64,000 nucleotides of DNA from Bacteroidales bacterium (lineage in GTDB: Bacteria; Bacteroidota; Bacteroidia; Bacteroidales; UBA932), in assembly GCA_017546125.1 (NCBI GenBank), contig JAFYXO010000013.1, positions 33,647 through 97,646 on the forward strand, given 5' to 3'. The position numbers were made by a program, and so were the translations under genes. This document shows, in pieces, positions 1 through 9,842 of this stretch. Under the pieces are notes generated by a model, which ran no database searches, was not told where the DNA came from, and worked only from the letters and a program-made list of their open reading frames with translations. Position 1 is the first letter of the stretch, and the number at the start of each line of letters is the position of its first letter.

Positions 1-1
1 G

Positions 2-151
2 TGGTTGGAAAGATCCAATTCATTGACACCTGTGCAGGTAGAGCAAGCTCAGATCACCCTAAATTGGGCTGCAAGAACATATGTGGTATCAGCATTGTCT
101 GCATTGGCTACATTGATTTATTACCTTGGTTTCGCAAGGGATAACGATTAA
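2..151 (+). CDS. 3' end of a CDS cut by the window edge (hydrophobic tail ...ALSALATLIYYLGFARDND*); product not identifiable
   Basis: Frame 2 is open from the window edge to TAA at 149-151. No start codon lies in the window. Confidence 0.3.
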   Translation, partial: WLERSNSLTPVQVEQAQITLNWAARTYVVSALSALATLIYYLGFARDND

Positions 152-156
152 TCACT

Positions 157-1383
157 ATGACGCAATATGATATTGCAATAGTCGGAGGCGGTGCTGCGGG
201 GCTAATGGCTGCTGCAAGATGTGTCGGTTCCGCTTTGAATGTTATTCTGGTGGAGAAAAACCGTGAGTGCGGTAAGAAGATACTGATAACAGGCAAAGGG
301 CGTTGCAATATTACCAATATATCACCATGGAGGGAATTCCAGTCCCACATCCATCCCGATAAGGGGTTTGTCAAAAATGCATTCCATCACTTTTCCAATA
401 CAGATGTTGTAAACTTTATTGAGTCTACGGGTCTGCAGTGTAAAGAGGAGAGGGGTAACCGTATCTTCCCTGTTACAGACAGAAGTCACGATGTGAGGGA
501 CCACATAGTGAAATATATCAATAAAGGTGGGGTAAAAATTTCATGCGGAACGGAGGTTACCTCCATTACGAAATCGGATGACAAGTATGTGATCAATATG
601 GTGGCTCCAGGTGGTGATGATATCTCTGTTTTGGCCTCAAAGGTTATTTTAACCACAGGTGGTCTTTCGTATCCCACCACAGGTTCTACCGGAGACGGTT
701 ATACCTTTGCCAAGGCATTTGGCCATACTGTAGTGGATACTTTCCCTTCATTGACTGCATTGAAACCTAAAGAGATAGATCCACGTCTTGAGGGGTTGTT
801 GCTCAAAAATATCAAGATGGATTTGTGGGTCAATGGATCTGTAGTTCAGTCTGAATTTGGTGAGACCCTTTTCACTTCTGGTGGAATTGAGGGTGCACTT
901 GGCTTCAGAGTGAGCAGAAAAGGGGTCAAAGGACTTATAAACGGTCAGAAAGTGGAGCTCTCCATAGATTTGAAACCTGCAGTGGAAGAGGATGATGTAA
1001 AAGTAAGGGTAGGGGAGCTGGTTAAAGAGATGGGTGGCTTTAAGATTAAGAAGATACTCCCCAAACTGATGCCTCTCCAGATGGTGGAGAGTTTTGCTGA
1101 GATGAATCCTGACTTGCGTGAGGGAAATCTGGCTGCAAGGATAAAGGATTGGCGTTTCAGGATAGTGGGGTATGTTGGTTATGAAAGGTGTGTAATTACA
1201 GCCGGAGGCGTCTCGCTGGATGAGATATCGCGCAAGACTATGGAGTCCAAACTCTCCAGTGGGCTATATTTTGCGGGTGAGGTAATGGATCTGGATGGGG
1301 ATACAGGTGGGTATAATCTACAAATAGCCTTCTCTACAGGGGCTTTGGCGGCAGATTCTGCCATAAAATCATTGGCTATTTAA
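157..1383 (+). CDS. NAD(P)/FAD-dependent oxidoreductase, HI0933/YhiN (BaiN-like) flavoprotein family
   Basis: N-terminal dinucleotide-binding motif IVGGGAAGLMAA. C-terminal LYFAGEVMDLDGDTGGYNLQIAFSTG block is typical of this family. Confidence 0.85.
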   Translation: MTQYDIAIVGGGAAGLMAAARCVGSALNVILVEKNRECGKKILITGKGRCNITNISPWREFQSHIHPDKGFVKNAFHHFSNTDVVNFIESTGLQCKEERGNRIFPVTDRSHDVRDHIVKYINKGGVKISCGTEVTSITKSDDKYVINMVAPGGDDISVLASKVILTTGGLSYPTTGSTGDGYTFAKAFGHTVVDTFPSLTALKPKEIDPRLEGLLLKNIKMDLWVNGSVVQSEFGETLFTSGGIEGALGFRVSRKGVKGLINGQKVELSIDLKPAVEEDDVKVRVGELVKEMGGFKIKKILPKLMPLQMVESFAEMNPDLREGNLAARIKDWRFRIVGYVGYERCVITAGGVSLDEISRKTMESKLSSGLYFAGEVMDLDGDTGGYNLQIAFSTGALAADSAIKSLAI

Positions 1384-1945
1384 CTACGAAATTGAAGATT
1401 TGCTGATCGTCCACCTGACCGATAAGTCTTGTGGGTGCCTCTATATTTATAGGTGAGGCCAATTCAATAGCGATGAAGTCACCAATTCTCAGCGAACAAT
1501 ATTTGGAGATGGTGGATATTCTCTCCATCACCTGGTCGTATGTAGGAAATGTAAATTCAGCAAAAGGGTTCTTGTAGTTTGCGGTTACCTCGAATTTGTG
1601 GGTAGATGCCCCCCTTATCTCCATCTCTGGGAATGAGAGAAGCGGTATTATCGAAGTATAGTCGAGAGAGTTCTCAATAAAAGATCTCTCAGGCTCATTT
1701 TCAAAGTATTCATCTTTGAGTGTAGGGTGGAGTAGAAGTCCGAAACCGTAAGAGTCTATATACCTCTCAGCAAATCTGTGTGCTACAGCTTTTCCCGCCC
1801 GCAATGTCTTGACATACATTACGGGGGTAGCTGATACCTTTTGGACTTGATCCGGAATATAATACTCCTCCACTGCCCTGATCAAAGTGCTGTCGGGGCG
1901 ACAATAGAAACTTTGTTTTGAGTATGGAGAGACTATAATATTCAT
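1376..1945 (-). CDS. conserved hypothetical protein (189 aa)
   Basis: Clean ORF. Its ATG overlaps the stop of the upstream exonuclease gene by 1 nt (TAATG). I recognise no motif. Confidence 0.6.
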   Translation of the reverse strand: MNIIVSPYSKQSFYCRPDSTLIRAVEEYYIPDQVQKVSATPVMYVKTLRAGKAVAHRFAERYIDSYGFGLLLHPTLKDEYFENEPERSFIENSLDYTSIIPLLSFPEMEIRGASTHKFEVTANYKNPFAEFTFPTYDQVMERISTISKYCSLRIGDFIAIELASPINIEAPTRLIGQVDDQQIFNFVVK

Positions 1946-2709
1946 TATTTCTTACCTAGATGTATCTCAGTCAGGACTTTTTTGGTGTCAAGTGTGAAGT
2001 CGCCGTTCATCATCCATGAGTAGTAACTTGGCTCTTTTGCCAATACATCTTTAACAGGGACCCCTCTGTGTTTGCCAAAGTTAAATACAGGGACGTCTTT
2101 ATCGTTGTATACGATTCTTCCTGCGTAGTCTGCATTCTTGTTCTTGGTAGAGAACTCTGAGAGGAATGCCACGTCATTTTTAAGCTCAGGATACCTGTCT
2201 AGCTGTGCTTTGAGAATCTCGTAAGTGGCCAATGTGTCAGCTTCTGCTGAGTGGGCATTCTCAAGATCCTTCTGGCAGTAGAACTTGTATGCTGCACTGA
2301 GTGTCCTTTGCTCCATTTTATGGAAAATGGTCTGCACATCCACGAGTTTTCTCTTGCGGAAATCAAAATCATTGATCTCTGCCCTCAAGAACTCCTCTGC
2401 CAATAGAGGAATGTCAAACTTGGTAGAGTTATATCCGGCTATGTCGCACCCTGTCATCCATTGCGCCAATGATTTGGCTATCTGCTTGAATGTAGGGCAA
2501 TCTTTAACATCCTCATTTGATATGCCGTGTACAGCCTGAGCCTCAGGTGATATGGGGATGGTGGGATTTATCCTGCGGGTTTTGATCTCAGTATCCCCAT
2601 TAGGATGAACCTTAACAGCACTGATCTCTACGATCCTGTCTGTAGCAACATTCAAACCGGTACTTTCGATGTCAAAAAACAGTATCGGATTCTTAAGATT
2701 CAATTCCAT
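1945..2709 (-). CDS. DnaQ-like 3'-5' exonuclease (DEDDh, DNA pol III epsilon family)
   Basis: Exo I FFDIESTG, Exo II GYNSTKFDIPLL, Exo III HSAEADTLAT. Lies directly downstream of dnaN. Confidence 0.85.
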   Translation of the reverse strand: MELNLKNPILFFDIESTGLNVATDRIVEISAVKVHPNGDTEIKTRRINPTIPISPEAQAVHGISNEDVKDCPTFKQIAKSLAQWMTGCDIAGYNSTKFDIPLLAEEFLRAEINDFDFRKRKLVDVQTIFHKMEQRTLSAAYKFYCQKDLENAHSAEADTLATYEILKAQLDRYPELKNDVAFLSEFSTKNKNADYAGRIVYNDKDVPVFNFGKHRGVPVKDVLAKEPSYYSWMMNGDFTLDTKKVLTEIHLGKK

Positions 2710-2724
2710 ATACTCGCTCTAAGG

Positions 2725-3852
2725 TTATGATGGGATACGGATAGGCATCAATAGTGAGCAAATCACCTCTTCAGGATCTGTCTCACCGGCAGCAAGGATC
2801 AAACCTGCGCGGGTAGGGTCTGAAAGCTCGATAGAAACCTCTTCGTATGGAAGGTTGTTCAAGATCTCAGCCAAGAAGGTAGATTTGAAACCGATATGCA
2901 TCTCATCACCCTCGTATATGCAGTCAAGTGTCTCGTGTGCAGACATTGAGAAATTGGTGTCAGAAGCTGAGATAACCAATTTGTTGAATGATAGGGACAA
3001 CTTGATGTGTGAGGTAGACTGGTTTGAACAAACGGCTACCCTTTTTACTGCATTTAGTAGGGATACTCTATTGATAACAAGCTTGTTGGTATTGTTCTTA
3101 GGGATTACGGAACGGTATGCAGGGTATGTTCCCTCCTGTAGTCTGCAGATAAGAACATTGCCGTCAAACTCGAAGTATGCATTTTTCATGTCGAAGGTGA
3201 CCTTCACTGCGTCTTCACTCTTGGCTAGAAGTGTACGTAGGATAGCTGCAGGTTTTTTAGGGAGGATAAATGAACATTTCTCAGCCACTCTGACATCGTT
3301 GCGTGTATAATACACCAACTTGTGTGAATCTGTCGCTACGAGGGTAGTGTTCTCTGGGGTCATGTCGAAGAAAATACCATTCATTACCGGTCTCAACTCA
3401 TCCTCCGCTGTAGCATAGATGGTGTTGTTGATACCAGAAAGGAGAATGTCTGAAGGGAATGATGCCGAGATGGCAAGATCGCCCAACTCAGGTAGTGATG
3501 GGTAGTCTTCTGCCGGGAAGAATGGGATTTTCGATGCACCGCTCATCCAGCTGATGTTAAGGATCTCTTCGTTTGTCTCTGTGCTGAATGTCAGTGGCAG
3601 ATCAGGAAATTCTTTTAGTGAATCTGTCAGAAGCTTAGCGGGAACTGCAATTTCCCCCTCTTCCTGAACATCCTCGATCGCAATTGAAGTTTTAAGTGTC
3701 ATTTCAAGATCCGAAGCAGTTACCTCTAAAGTGTTGCCAGACAACACAAAAAGGAAATTGTCCAGGATAGGCAAGGTGTTTCGGCTGGAAATTACTCTTG
3801 ATACGGATAGTAGACCGTGCAAAAGTTCTGAACTTGATACTGTGAATTTCAT
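2725..3852 (-). CDS. dnaN: DNA polymerase III beta sliding clamp
   Basis: 375 aa. N-terminus MKFTVSSSELLHGLLSVSRVISSRNTLPILDNFLF and a three-domain length typical of DnaN. Confidence 0.95.
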   Translation of the reverse strand: MKFTVSSSELLHGLLSVSRVISSRNTLPILDNFLFVLSGNTLEVTASDLEMTLKTSIAIEDVQEEGEIAVPAKLLTDSLKEFPDLPLTFSTETNEEILNISWMSGASKIPFFPAEDYPSLPELGDLAISASFPSDILLSGINNTIYATAEDELRPVMNGIFFDMTPENTTLVATDSHKLVYYTRNDVRVAEKCSFILPKKPAAILRTLLAKSEDAVKVTFDMKNAYFEFDGNVLICRLQEGTYPAYRSVIPKNNTNKLVINRVSLLNAVKRVAVCSNQSTSHIKLSLSFNKLVISASDTNFSMSAHETLDCIYEGDEMHIGFKSTFLAEILNNLPYEEVSIELSDPTRAGLILAAGETDPEEVICSLLMPIRIPS

Positions 3853-3888
3853 ATTATTCTAAATGTTTTTGTTTTTTTCTTCTAAATG

Positions 3889-3896
3889 CAAATGTA
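3889..3896 (-). promoter_or_regulatory. candidate Bacteroides-type -7 box (TAcaTTTG) for dnaN
   Basis: Minus-strand TACATTTG lies ~37 nt upstream of the dnaN ATG and matches the TAnnTTTG consensus. Confidence 0.4.
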
Positions 3897-3952
3897 GAAA
3901 ATTTTTGGCATATATTTTGAGTTTAGGGATGAAAGTTGTTTAATAAAATACT

Positions 3953-5392
3953 ATGGAAATGAAAAAATATTTATTGGTAGCGTTGTGCGCAATTCTAGTA
4001 GGAGGAGCTACCTCTTATTTGGTAGTGAATAGTGTGTTAAACGGTGACAAATCCACCACTTATACCTATTCAGAAGGTGTTCCCCAGGTGAAAAATGTAA
4101 GTTTTTCAGGTGAGTATCCGGACTTTACATATGCTGCTGAATCATCAGTGCAGGCGGTGGTTTTTGTAAAAGTGATCAAGAGGTCAGAGGGGAACCAGAT
4201 GCCACCATCTATCTTTGATTATTTCTTCGGATTCGGCGGCGGACAGTCTGCGCCCAGAGAGCAAGTGGGGAGCGGATCGGGTGTTATCATTACCCAGGAT
4301 GGCTATATTGTGACAAATAACCACGTGGTCGCAGGTGCATCTGAAATAGAGGTGACAATGGACAACAACAAGACCTTCAAAGCGGATCTTATCGGAGCAG
4401 ACCCAGCTACAGATGTGGCGCTTCTCAAAGTGGATGCAGAGAACTTGCCAACAATTCCTTATGGGGATTCTGACAAACTTCGCTTGGGTGAGTGGGTGCT
4501 TGCCATCGGCAGCCCTTATGGGTTGAACTCCACCATTACTGCGGGTATTGTCAGTGCCAAAGGGCGTACAATGGCCAATAATGGCGAATTCAAAATCGAA
4601 TCATTCATACAGACAGATGCCGCTGTGAACCCAGGAAATAGCGGTGGCGCATTGGTGAATATTAAAGGTGAACTTGTGGGGATAAATACCGCAATTATAT
4701 CAAATACCGGTTCGTATGCAGGTTATTCATTTGCAGTTCCTGTAAATATCGTGAGAAAAATCGTGGCAGACCTTATGGATTTCGGAAAGGTGCAGAGGGC
4801 AATGTTGGGTATCTCTATGCAGGATATTACAGATGCATTGAAGAAAGAGAAAGAACTCACTACCCTTGAAGGTGTTTATGTGGCAGAGGTGGTAAAAGGT
4901 GGAGCTGCCGATAAGGCAGGTGTGAAGGCTGGTGATGTCCTTATCGCTATCGAAGGTGAACCTGTGAAGAAAGGGTCTTCGGTTCAGGAGAAGATCAACA
5001 GATACAGACCGGGGGACAAAGTTTCTCTAGTGGTACTGAGAAAAGGGAAGGAGCACAAGCTTGAGGCGACTCTGATCGGAAAAGATGCACAGGATATGGG
5101 AACAGTCGCTTCTCAGGAGAAAATCAATCTCTTCGGTGCTGAGTTGGTTCCTGCCCCTAAGAATCTGCTTGAAAAACTTGGTCTGAAATCTGGTGTTCAA
5201 GTATCTTCGATCGAGAAGGGTAAGATGAAGGAAGCTGGTATAAAACAGGACTTTATAATCACATTTGTGAATAATTCAATGGTTACAAATCCTGCAGATG
5301 TGGCAGCTATTGTGAAGAAAGCCAAGAGGTCTGTTCTCGTTGAAGGTGTATATCCTGACGGATCTGTCTTCTACTACGCTATCGGACTATAG
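3953..5392 (+). CDS. htrA: HtrA/DegP (Do-family) periplasmic serine protease with PDZ domains
   Basis: Signal/TM segment, trypsin-fold catalytic residues (TNNHV, DVALLKV, GNSGGALVN) and a C-terminal PDZ-like region. Confidence 0.9.
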   Translation: MEMKKYLLVALCAILVGGATSYLVVNSVLNGDKSTTYTYSEGVPQVKNVSFSGEYPDFTYAAESSVQAVVFVKVIKRSEGNQMPPSIFDYFFGFGGGQSAPREQVGSGSGVIITQDGYIVTNNHVVAGASEIEVTMDNNKTFKADLIGADPATDVALLKVDAENLPTIPYGDSDKLRLGEWVLAIGSPYGLNSTITAGIVSAKGRTMANNGEFKIESFIQTDAAVNPGNSGGALVNIKGELVGINTAIISNTGSYAGYSFAVPVNIVRKIVADLMDFGKVQRAMLGISMQDITDALKKEKELTTLEGVYVAEVVKGGAADKAGVKAGDVLIAIEGEPVKKGSSVQEKINRYRPGDKVSLVVLRKGKEHKLEATLIGKDAQDMGTVASQEKINLFGAELVPAPKNLLEKLGLKSGVQVSSIEKGKMKEAGIKQDFIITFVNNSMVTNPADVAAIVKKAKRSVLVEGVYPDGSVFYYAIGL

Positions 5393-5428
5393 TCTGAAAA
5401 GCTAAAATATATTTTCTAAAATACCTCA

Positions 5429-5469
5429 GTTGCAAAGGTTGCATATTAAAAAAATGCTATCTTTGCAAC
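5429..5469 (+). other. 9-bp perfect inverted repeat (GTTGCAAAG ... CTTTGCAAC) between htrA and rpoD
   Basis: Arms at 5429-5437 and 5461-5469. The descending arm contains the rpoD -7 box. Possible htrA terminator overlapping the rpoD promoter. Confidence 0.45.
5458..5465 (+). promoter_or_regulatory. candidate -7 box (TAtcTTTG) for rpoD
   Basis: Matches TAnnTTTG, 18 nt upstream of the ATG at 5483. Confidence 0.5.
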
Positions 5470-5482
5470 TTATTTGTATACA

Positions 5483-6343
5483 ATGAGACAGTTAAAAATA
5501 ACCAAATCAATCACTAACAGAGAGAGCGCATCTCTGGATAAGTATCTACAGGAGATCGGTAGAGAAGAACTAATTACTGTAGAAGATGAAGTAGAATTGG
5601 CCCAGAGAATCAGAAAAGGGGACCAGGAGGCCTTGGAAAAACTTACAAGAGCCAATCTCCGTTTCGTGGTATCTGTGGCAAAACAGTATCAAAATCAAGG
5701 TCTTAGCTTACCAGACCTTATCAATGAAGGTAACTTGGGTCTGATTAAAGCAGCTGAGAAGTTCGATGAGACCCGCGGTTTCAAATTTATCTCATACGCT
5801 GTATGGTGGATCCGTCAGTCTATCCTACAGGCTCTTGCAGAGCAGTCAAGAATCGTGAGACTTCCATTGAACCAGGTGGGATCGCTTAATAAAATCAACA
5901 AAGCTCTCAATAAATTTGAGCAGGAGAACGAACGTATGCCTTCACCTGATGAATTGGCAGACATTCTTGATATCCCACGCGAGAAAATCGCTGACACCCT
6001 TAGAGTATCCGGCAGACACGTATCTGTGGACGCACCTTTCGTAGATGGTGAGGATAACAGCCTTTTGGACGTTCTTGTGAACAATGACTCTCCAAATGCC
6101 GACAGAGGTCTTGTAAATGAATCCCTTAACAAAGAGATTGAGAGGGCTTTGTCTACACTTACAGAGAGGGAGAGGGATATCGTCAAAGATTTCTTCGGTA
6201 TCGGTACATCTGAGATGACATTGGAAGAGATCGGCGAGAAATTCGGCCTTACTCGCGAAAGGGTTCGCCAGATCAAGGAGAAAGCTATCCGAAGACTCAG
6301 ACACAGTAATCGTAGCAAACTCTTGAAGAGCTACTTGGGTTAA
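5483..6343 (+). CDS. rpoD: primary RNA polymerase sigma factor (sigma-70 family, Bacteroidota sigma-A)
   Basis: [16 protein letters not shown]-terminus. Region 2 ([35 protein letters not shown]) and region 4 ([23 protein letters not shown]). The track's TTG start at 5474 is probably 3 codons too long. Confidence 0.95.
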   Translation: MRQLKITKSITNRESASLDKYLQEIGREELITVEDEVELAQRIRKGDQEALEKLTRANLRFVVSVAKQYQNQGLSLPDLINEGNLGLIKAAEKFDETRGFKFISYAVWWIRQSILQALAEQSRIVRLPLNQVGSLNKINKALNKFEQENERMPSPDELADILDIPREKIADTLRVSGRHVSVDAPFVDGEDNSLLDVLVNNDSPNADRGLVNESLNKEIERALSTLTERERDIVKDFFGIGTSEMTLEEIGEKFGLTRERVRQIKEKAIRRLRHSNRSKLLKSYLG

Positions 6344-6366
6344 GAATAATACAAAATTTTAGATAT

Positions 6367-8460
6367 ATGAGAAAATCGTTACTAACAATTGTAGGAGCAA
6401 TTGCATTGTTTATGACTTATAGTTGTGAATCAAATCCACTTTTGAAAGAGTGGGATACACCTTTCGGTATTCCTCCATTTGAGGAGGTTCGTCCAGAACA
6501 CTATATGCCTGCTTTCCTTAAGGCAATGGATGAGCACAAAGCAGAAATCGACGCTATCGTTAACTGCAAAGAGGAGCCAAATTTTGAAAATACCATCCTT
6601 CCATACGATAAGGCCGGCAGCCTGTACTCAAAAGTGGCTGTAGTATTCTCAAGCGAGAGCGGTGTAAACTCAAGCGATGCTATCATGGCTATCTCAAGAG
6701 AGCTTTCTCCTATCCAGAGTGCACACTTCAGTGAGATCTCACTAAATGATGCGCTATTCCAAAGAATCAAAGCTGTATATGACAAGAGAGAGAGCTTAGG
6801 TCTTGATAAAGACCAGATGAGATTGGTGGAGGAGATCTATAAAGGTTTTGAGCGTTCAGGTGCAAACCTTCCTGCTGACAAGAAAGCAGAACTTAAAGAG
6901 GTAAACGCTGAGATCTCTGCACTTCAATTGGCTTTCGGACAAAACCTTTTGAAAGAGACTGCTGCTTACAAATTGGTGATTGATAATGAAAAAGACCTTG
7001 CAGGCCTTTCAGAGGCACAAATTGCAGAGGCTGCTTCAAGAGCTAAAGCTGCAGGAATGGAGGGTAAATGGATTTTCGGTCTTGATAATCCAAGCATCAT
7101 GCCTTTCCTTCAGAATGCAGACAACGCTGAGCTTCGCGAGCAAATGCTTAACGCATATTTGATGCGTGGAAACAACAACAACGAAAACGACAGCAAAGCT
7201 ACCATCGTAAAACTTGTTGAGTTGCGCCTTAAGAAAGCTCAAATCATGGGTTGCAAAAACTATGCGGAGTATGCACTTGATACCCGTATGGCAAAAACAG
7301 AAGAGGCTGTATTCGACCTATTGGACCAAATCTGGAAACCAGCCCTCAAAGCTGCTAAAAATGAGCTTAAAGATATGACTCAAATCGCTAAGAAAGAGGG
7401 TCATAAAGGTGAACTTAAAGCTTCTGACTGGAGATATTATTTCGAGAAAGCTAAAGTTAGCAAATTCAACCTTACTGAAGATGAGCTAAGACCTTACTTC
7501 AAATTGGAGAATGTTCGTGAAGGTATCTTCTATGTGGCTAACCAGCTATACGGAATCACATTTACCCAACTTGAAAATGTTCCACTTCCTCACCCTGAAG
7601 CAGTAGCTTTCGAGTGTAAAGAGGCTGACGGTACACACTTGGGTGTAATCTTCTTCGATATGTTTGCCCGTCCAGGTCAAAAAAGAGGTGGCGCATGGTG
7701 CGGTGGCTTCCGTGAGCAAGTTTATGAAAATGGTGTGAGAGTTGCACCTCTTGTAACAGTAGTAGGTAACTTTACACGTCCTGTTGGTGACCAGCCTGCA
7801 CTTCTTAGCCCTGATGAGGTTGAGACTTACTTCCACGAGTGCGGTCACGCTCTCCAATCTCTTCTTCAGGATGTAAAATACGATGGTCTTACCGGTATCA
7901 CCCGTGACTTCGTAGAGCTTCCTTCTCAGATTATGGAGCACTGGGCATTCAACCCACAAGTGCTTAACGTATATGCAAAACACTATCAGACAGGTGAAAT
8001 TATCCCTGCTGAGCTGGTGGAAAAACTTGACAAGTCAGGCAAATATGGCCAAGGTTTCGCTACTGTAGAGTATTTGGCAGCATCATATCTTGATATGGAC
8101 TACCACGTGTTGACAGAGATTCCTGAGAATCTTGATCTTGTAGCATTCGAGGCTAAGGTATTGGGCGATAGAGGGTTGATCTCTCAAATCCCTCCAAGAT
8201 ACAGAACTACCTACTTCAACCATACTTTCGGTGGCGGATATACAGCAGGTTACTACAGCTATATCTGGGCAGAGGTTCTGGATGCTGATGCATATCAGGC
8301 ATTTGTAGAGACAGGTGATATCTTCAACAAAGAGGTGGCTTCAAAATTCAGATATGAAGTATTGGCAAGAGCAGGTGAGGATGAGGCTATGACACTTTAT
8401 GTAAACTTTAGAGGAAAACAACCAGGAATCCAACCACTACTAAACAATAGAGGTCTATAA
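6367..8460 (+). CDS. dcp: M3-family peptidyl-dipeptidase (Dcp / oligopeptidase A-like) with lipoprotein signal
   Basis: HEXXH zinc motif in FHECGHALQS. Length ~700 aa. N-terminal signal ending ...MTYSC. Confidence 0.9.
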   Translation: MRKSLLTIVGAIALFMTYSCESNPLLKEWDTPFGIPPFEEVRPEHYMPAFLKAMDEHKAEIDAIVNCKEEPNFENTILPYDKAGSLYSKVAVVFSSESGVNSSDAIMAISRELSPIQSAHFSEISLNDALFQRIKAVYDKRESLGLDKDQMRLVEEIYKGFERSGANLPADKKAELKEVNAEISALQLAFGQNLLKETAAYKLVIDNEKDLAGLSEAQIAEAASRAKAAGMEGKWIFGLDNPSIMPFLQNADNAELREQMLNAYLMRGNNNNENDSKATIVKLVELRLKKAQIMGCKNYAEYALDTRMAKTEEAVFDLLDQIWKPALKAAKNELKDMTQIAKKEGHKGELKASDWRYYFEKAKVSKFNLTEDELRPYFKLENVREGIFYVANQLYGITFTQLENVPLPHPEAVAFECKEADGTHLGVIFFDMFARPGQKRGGAWCGGFREQVYENGVRVAPLVTVVGNFTRPVGDQPALLSPDEVETYFHECGHALQSLLQDVKYDGLTGITRDFVELPSQIMEHWAFNPQVLNVYAKHYQTGEIIPAELVEKLDKSGKYGQGFATVEYLAASYLDMDYHVLTEIPENLDLVAFEAKVLGDRGLISQIPPRYRTTYFNHTFGGGYTAGYYSYIWAEVLDADAYQAFVETGDIFNKEVASKFRYEVLARAGEDEAMTLYVNFRGKQPGIQPLLNNRGL

Positions 8461-8461
8461 T

Positions 8462-9841
8462 ATGGCAAACTTTTGGTCTGCACTAGAAAATGGAATAACC
8501 GCAGTAAGTGATTTTATCTGCGGTTATCCTCTTTTTACACTCCTTGTTGGGGGTGGACTGTTCTTCTTGATCTACTCAGGATTCGTTCCATTGAGGTATT
8601 ATGGTAGGGCTATCAAGTCATTGAAAGCCAAGGATGACAAGGCTGATGGCCAGATCAGTTCTTTTGAGGCGTTGGCAAGTGCCATCGCTGCCACTGTGGG
8701 TATGGGTAATATTGCAGGTGTTGCGATTGCCCTTTCTATTGGTGGTCCCGGTGCTATTTTCTGGATGTGGGTAAGCTCAATCTTGGGTATGGCTACCAAA
8801 TTCTTTGAAGGTACACTATCTGTAATGTATAAAGGTAAAGATGACGCAGGGGAGGTTCAAGGTGGTCCTATGTATATGATTATGTCAGGTCTTGGTTCCA
8901 AATGGAAACCATTGGCAGTATTCTTCTCAATCTTCGGTTTGATCGGTACACTATGTATCATGCAGGCAAACCAGTTTACAGAGGCCATTACTACCGTTTT
9001 CTTCAGACCTGAGCAAAATACCCTTACACTCAGATTTATCATCGGTGTAATTATTTGTGTTATCGTGGCATGTGTTATTCTGGGCGGTATCAAGAGGATC
9101 TCCAAAGTAGCAACAAAGGTGGTTCCTGCTATGGTGGCTATGTATTTCCTATTGGTGGCATATATCATCGTAACACATTTGAATGCTGTTCCTGGTGTAT
9201 TCGCCGCTATCTTTACAGAGGCATTTACAGTTAAAGCAGGTGTTGGTGGAGGTATAGGTGCATTGGCCTCTATCGCACTTATCGGTATAAGACGTGCTGC
9301 TCTTGTAAATGAAGCAGGTGTGGGTACCGCTTCTATGATGCACGGTGCATCAAAGAACAACGAGCCTGTAAGAGAGGGACTTGTAGCAATGATCGGCCCA
9401 TCAATTGACTCTGGTCTAGTTTGTACACTTACAGCAATTGCAATTTTGATCCAAAGGGATGTATTGCCTTTGGGTGATGGTATCAGCGGATCTATCGCAG
9501 GTTTGAGCGTAGCCCTTCAGGCATTTGACGCTTCAATTCCTGGTGTGGGCAAATACCTTCTATTGGCAATGTTGTTCTTCTTTGCATTCTCTACCATGTT
9601 CTCATATTCGTATTATGGTCAGAAATGTACAGGTTTCCTTTTTGGTGCAAAATATTCGAAATACTACAATATCTTCTTCCTGGTAATGTTGGTGGTAGCA
9701 GCGATGATCCCTTTGAAAGCAGCTGTGGGTCTTATCGATATCGCTTATGCTCTGATGGCATTCCCAACCATGATTACACTGTTTATCCTTTCTCCTAAGG
9801 TGAAAGCAGAGATGAAGAAGTACTTTGCAAAAAACAAATAA
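8462..9841 (+). CDS. alanine/glycine:cation symporter (AGCS family)
   Basis: Polytopic membrane protein. Conserved SSFEALASAIAATVGMGNIAGVA block typical of AGCS. Confidence 0.85.
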   Translation: MANFWSALENGITAVSDFICGYPLFTLLVGGGLFFLIYSGFVPLRYYGRAIKSLKAKDDKADGQISSFEALASAIAATVGMGNIAGVAIALSIGGPGAIFWMWVSSILGMATKFFEGTLSVMYKGKDDAGEVQGGPMYMIMSGLGSKWKPLAVFFSIFGLIGTLCIMQANQFTEAITTVFFRPEQNTLTLRFIIGVIICVIVACVILGGIKRISKVATKVVPAMVAMYFLLVAYIIVTHLNAVPGVFAAIFTEAFTVKAGVGGGIGALASIALIGIRRAALVNEAGVGTASMMHGASKNNEPVREGLVAMIGPSIDSGLVCTLTAIAILIQRDVLPLGDGISGSIAGLSVALQAFDASIPGVGKYLLLAMLFFFAFSTMFSYSYYGQKCTGFLFGAKYSKYYNIFFLVMLVVAAMIPLKAAVGLIDIAYALMAFPTMITLFILSPKVKAEMKKYFAKNK

Positions 9842-9842
9842 G

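Noticed and set aside
5815-6318. Long antisense or alternative-frame ORFs inside well-supported genes
   Set aside because: Examples are 5815..6318, 8857..9360, 15544..16047, 17092..17523, 48263..48778 and 59664..60146. Each lies wholly within a strongly motif-supported CDS on the opposite strand or in another frame. All have Ser/Leu/Arg/Pro-rich shadow-ORF composition.
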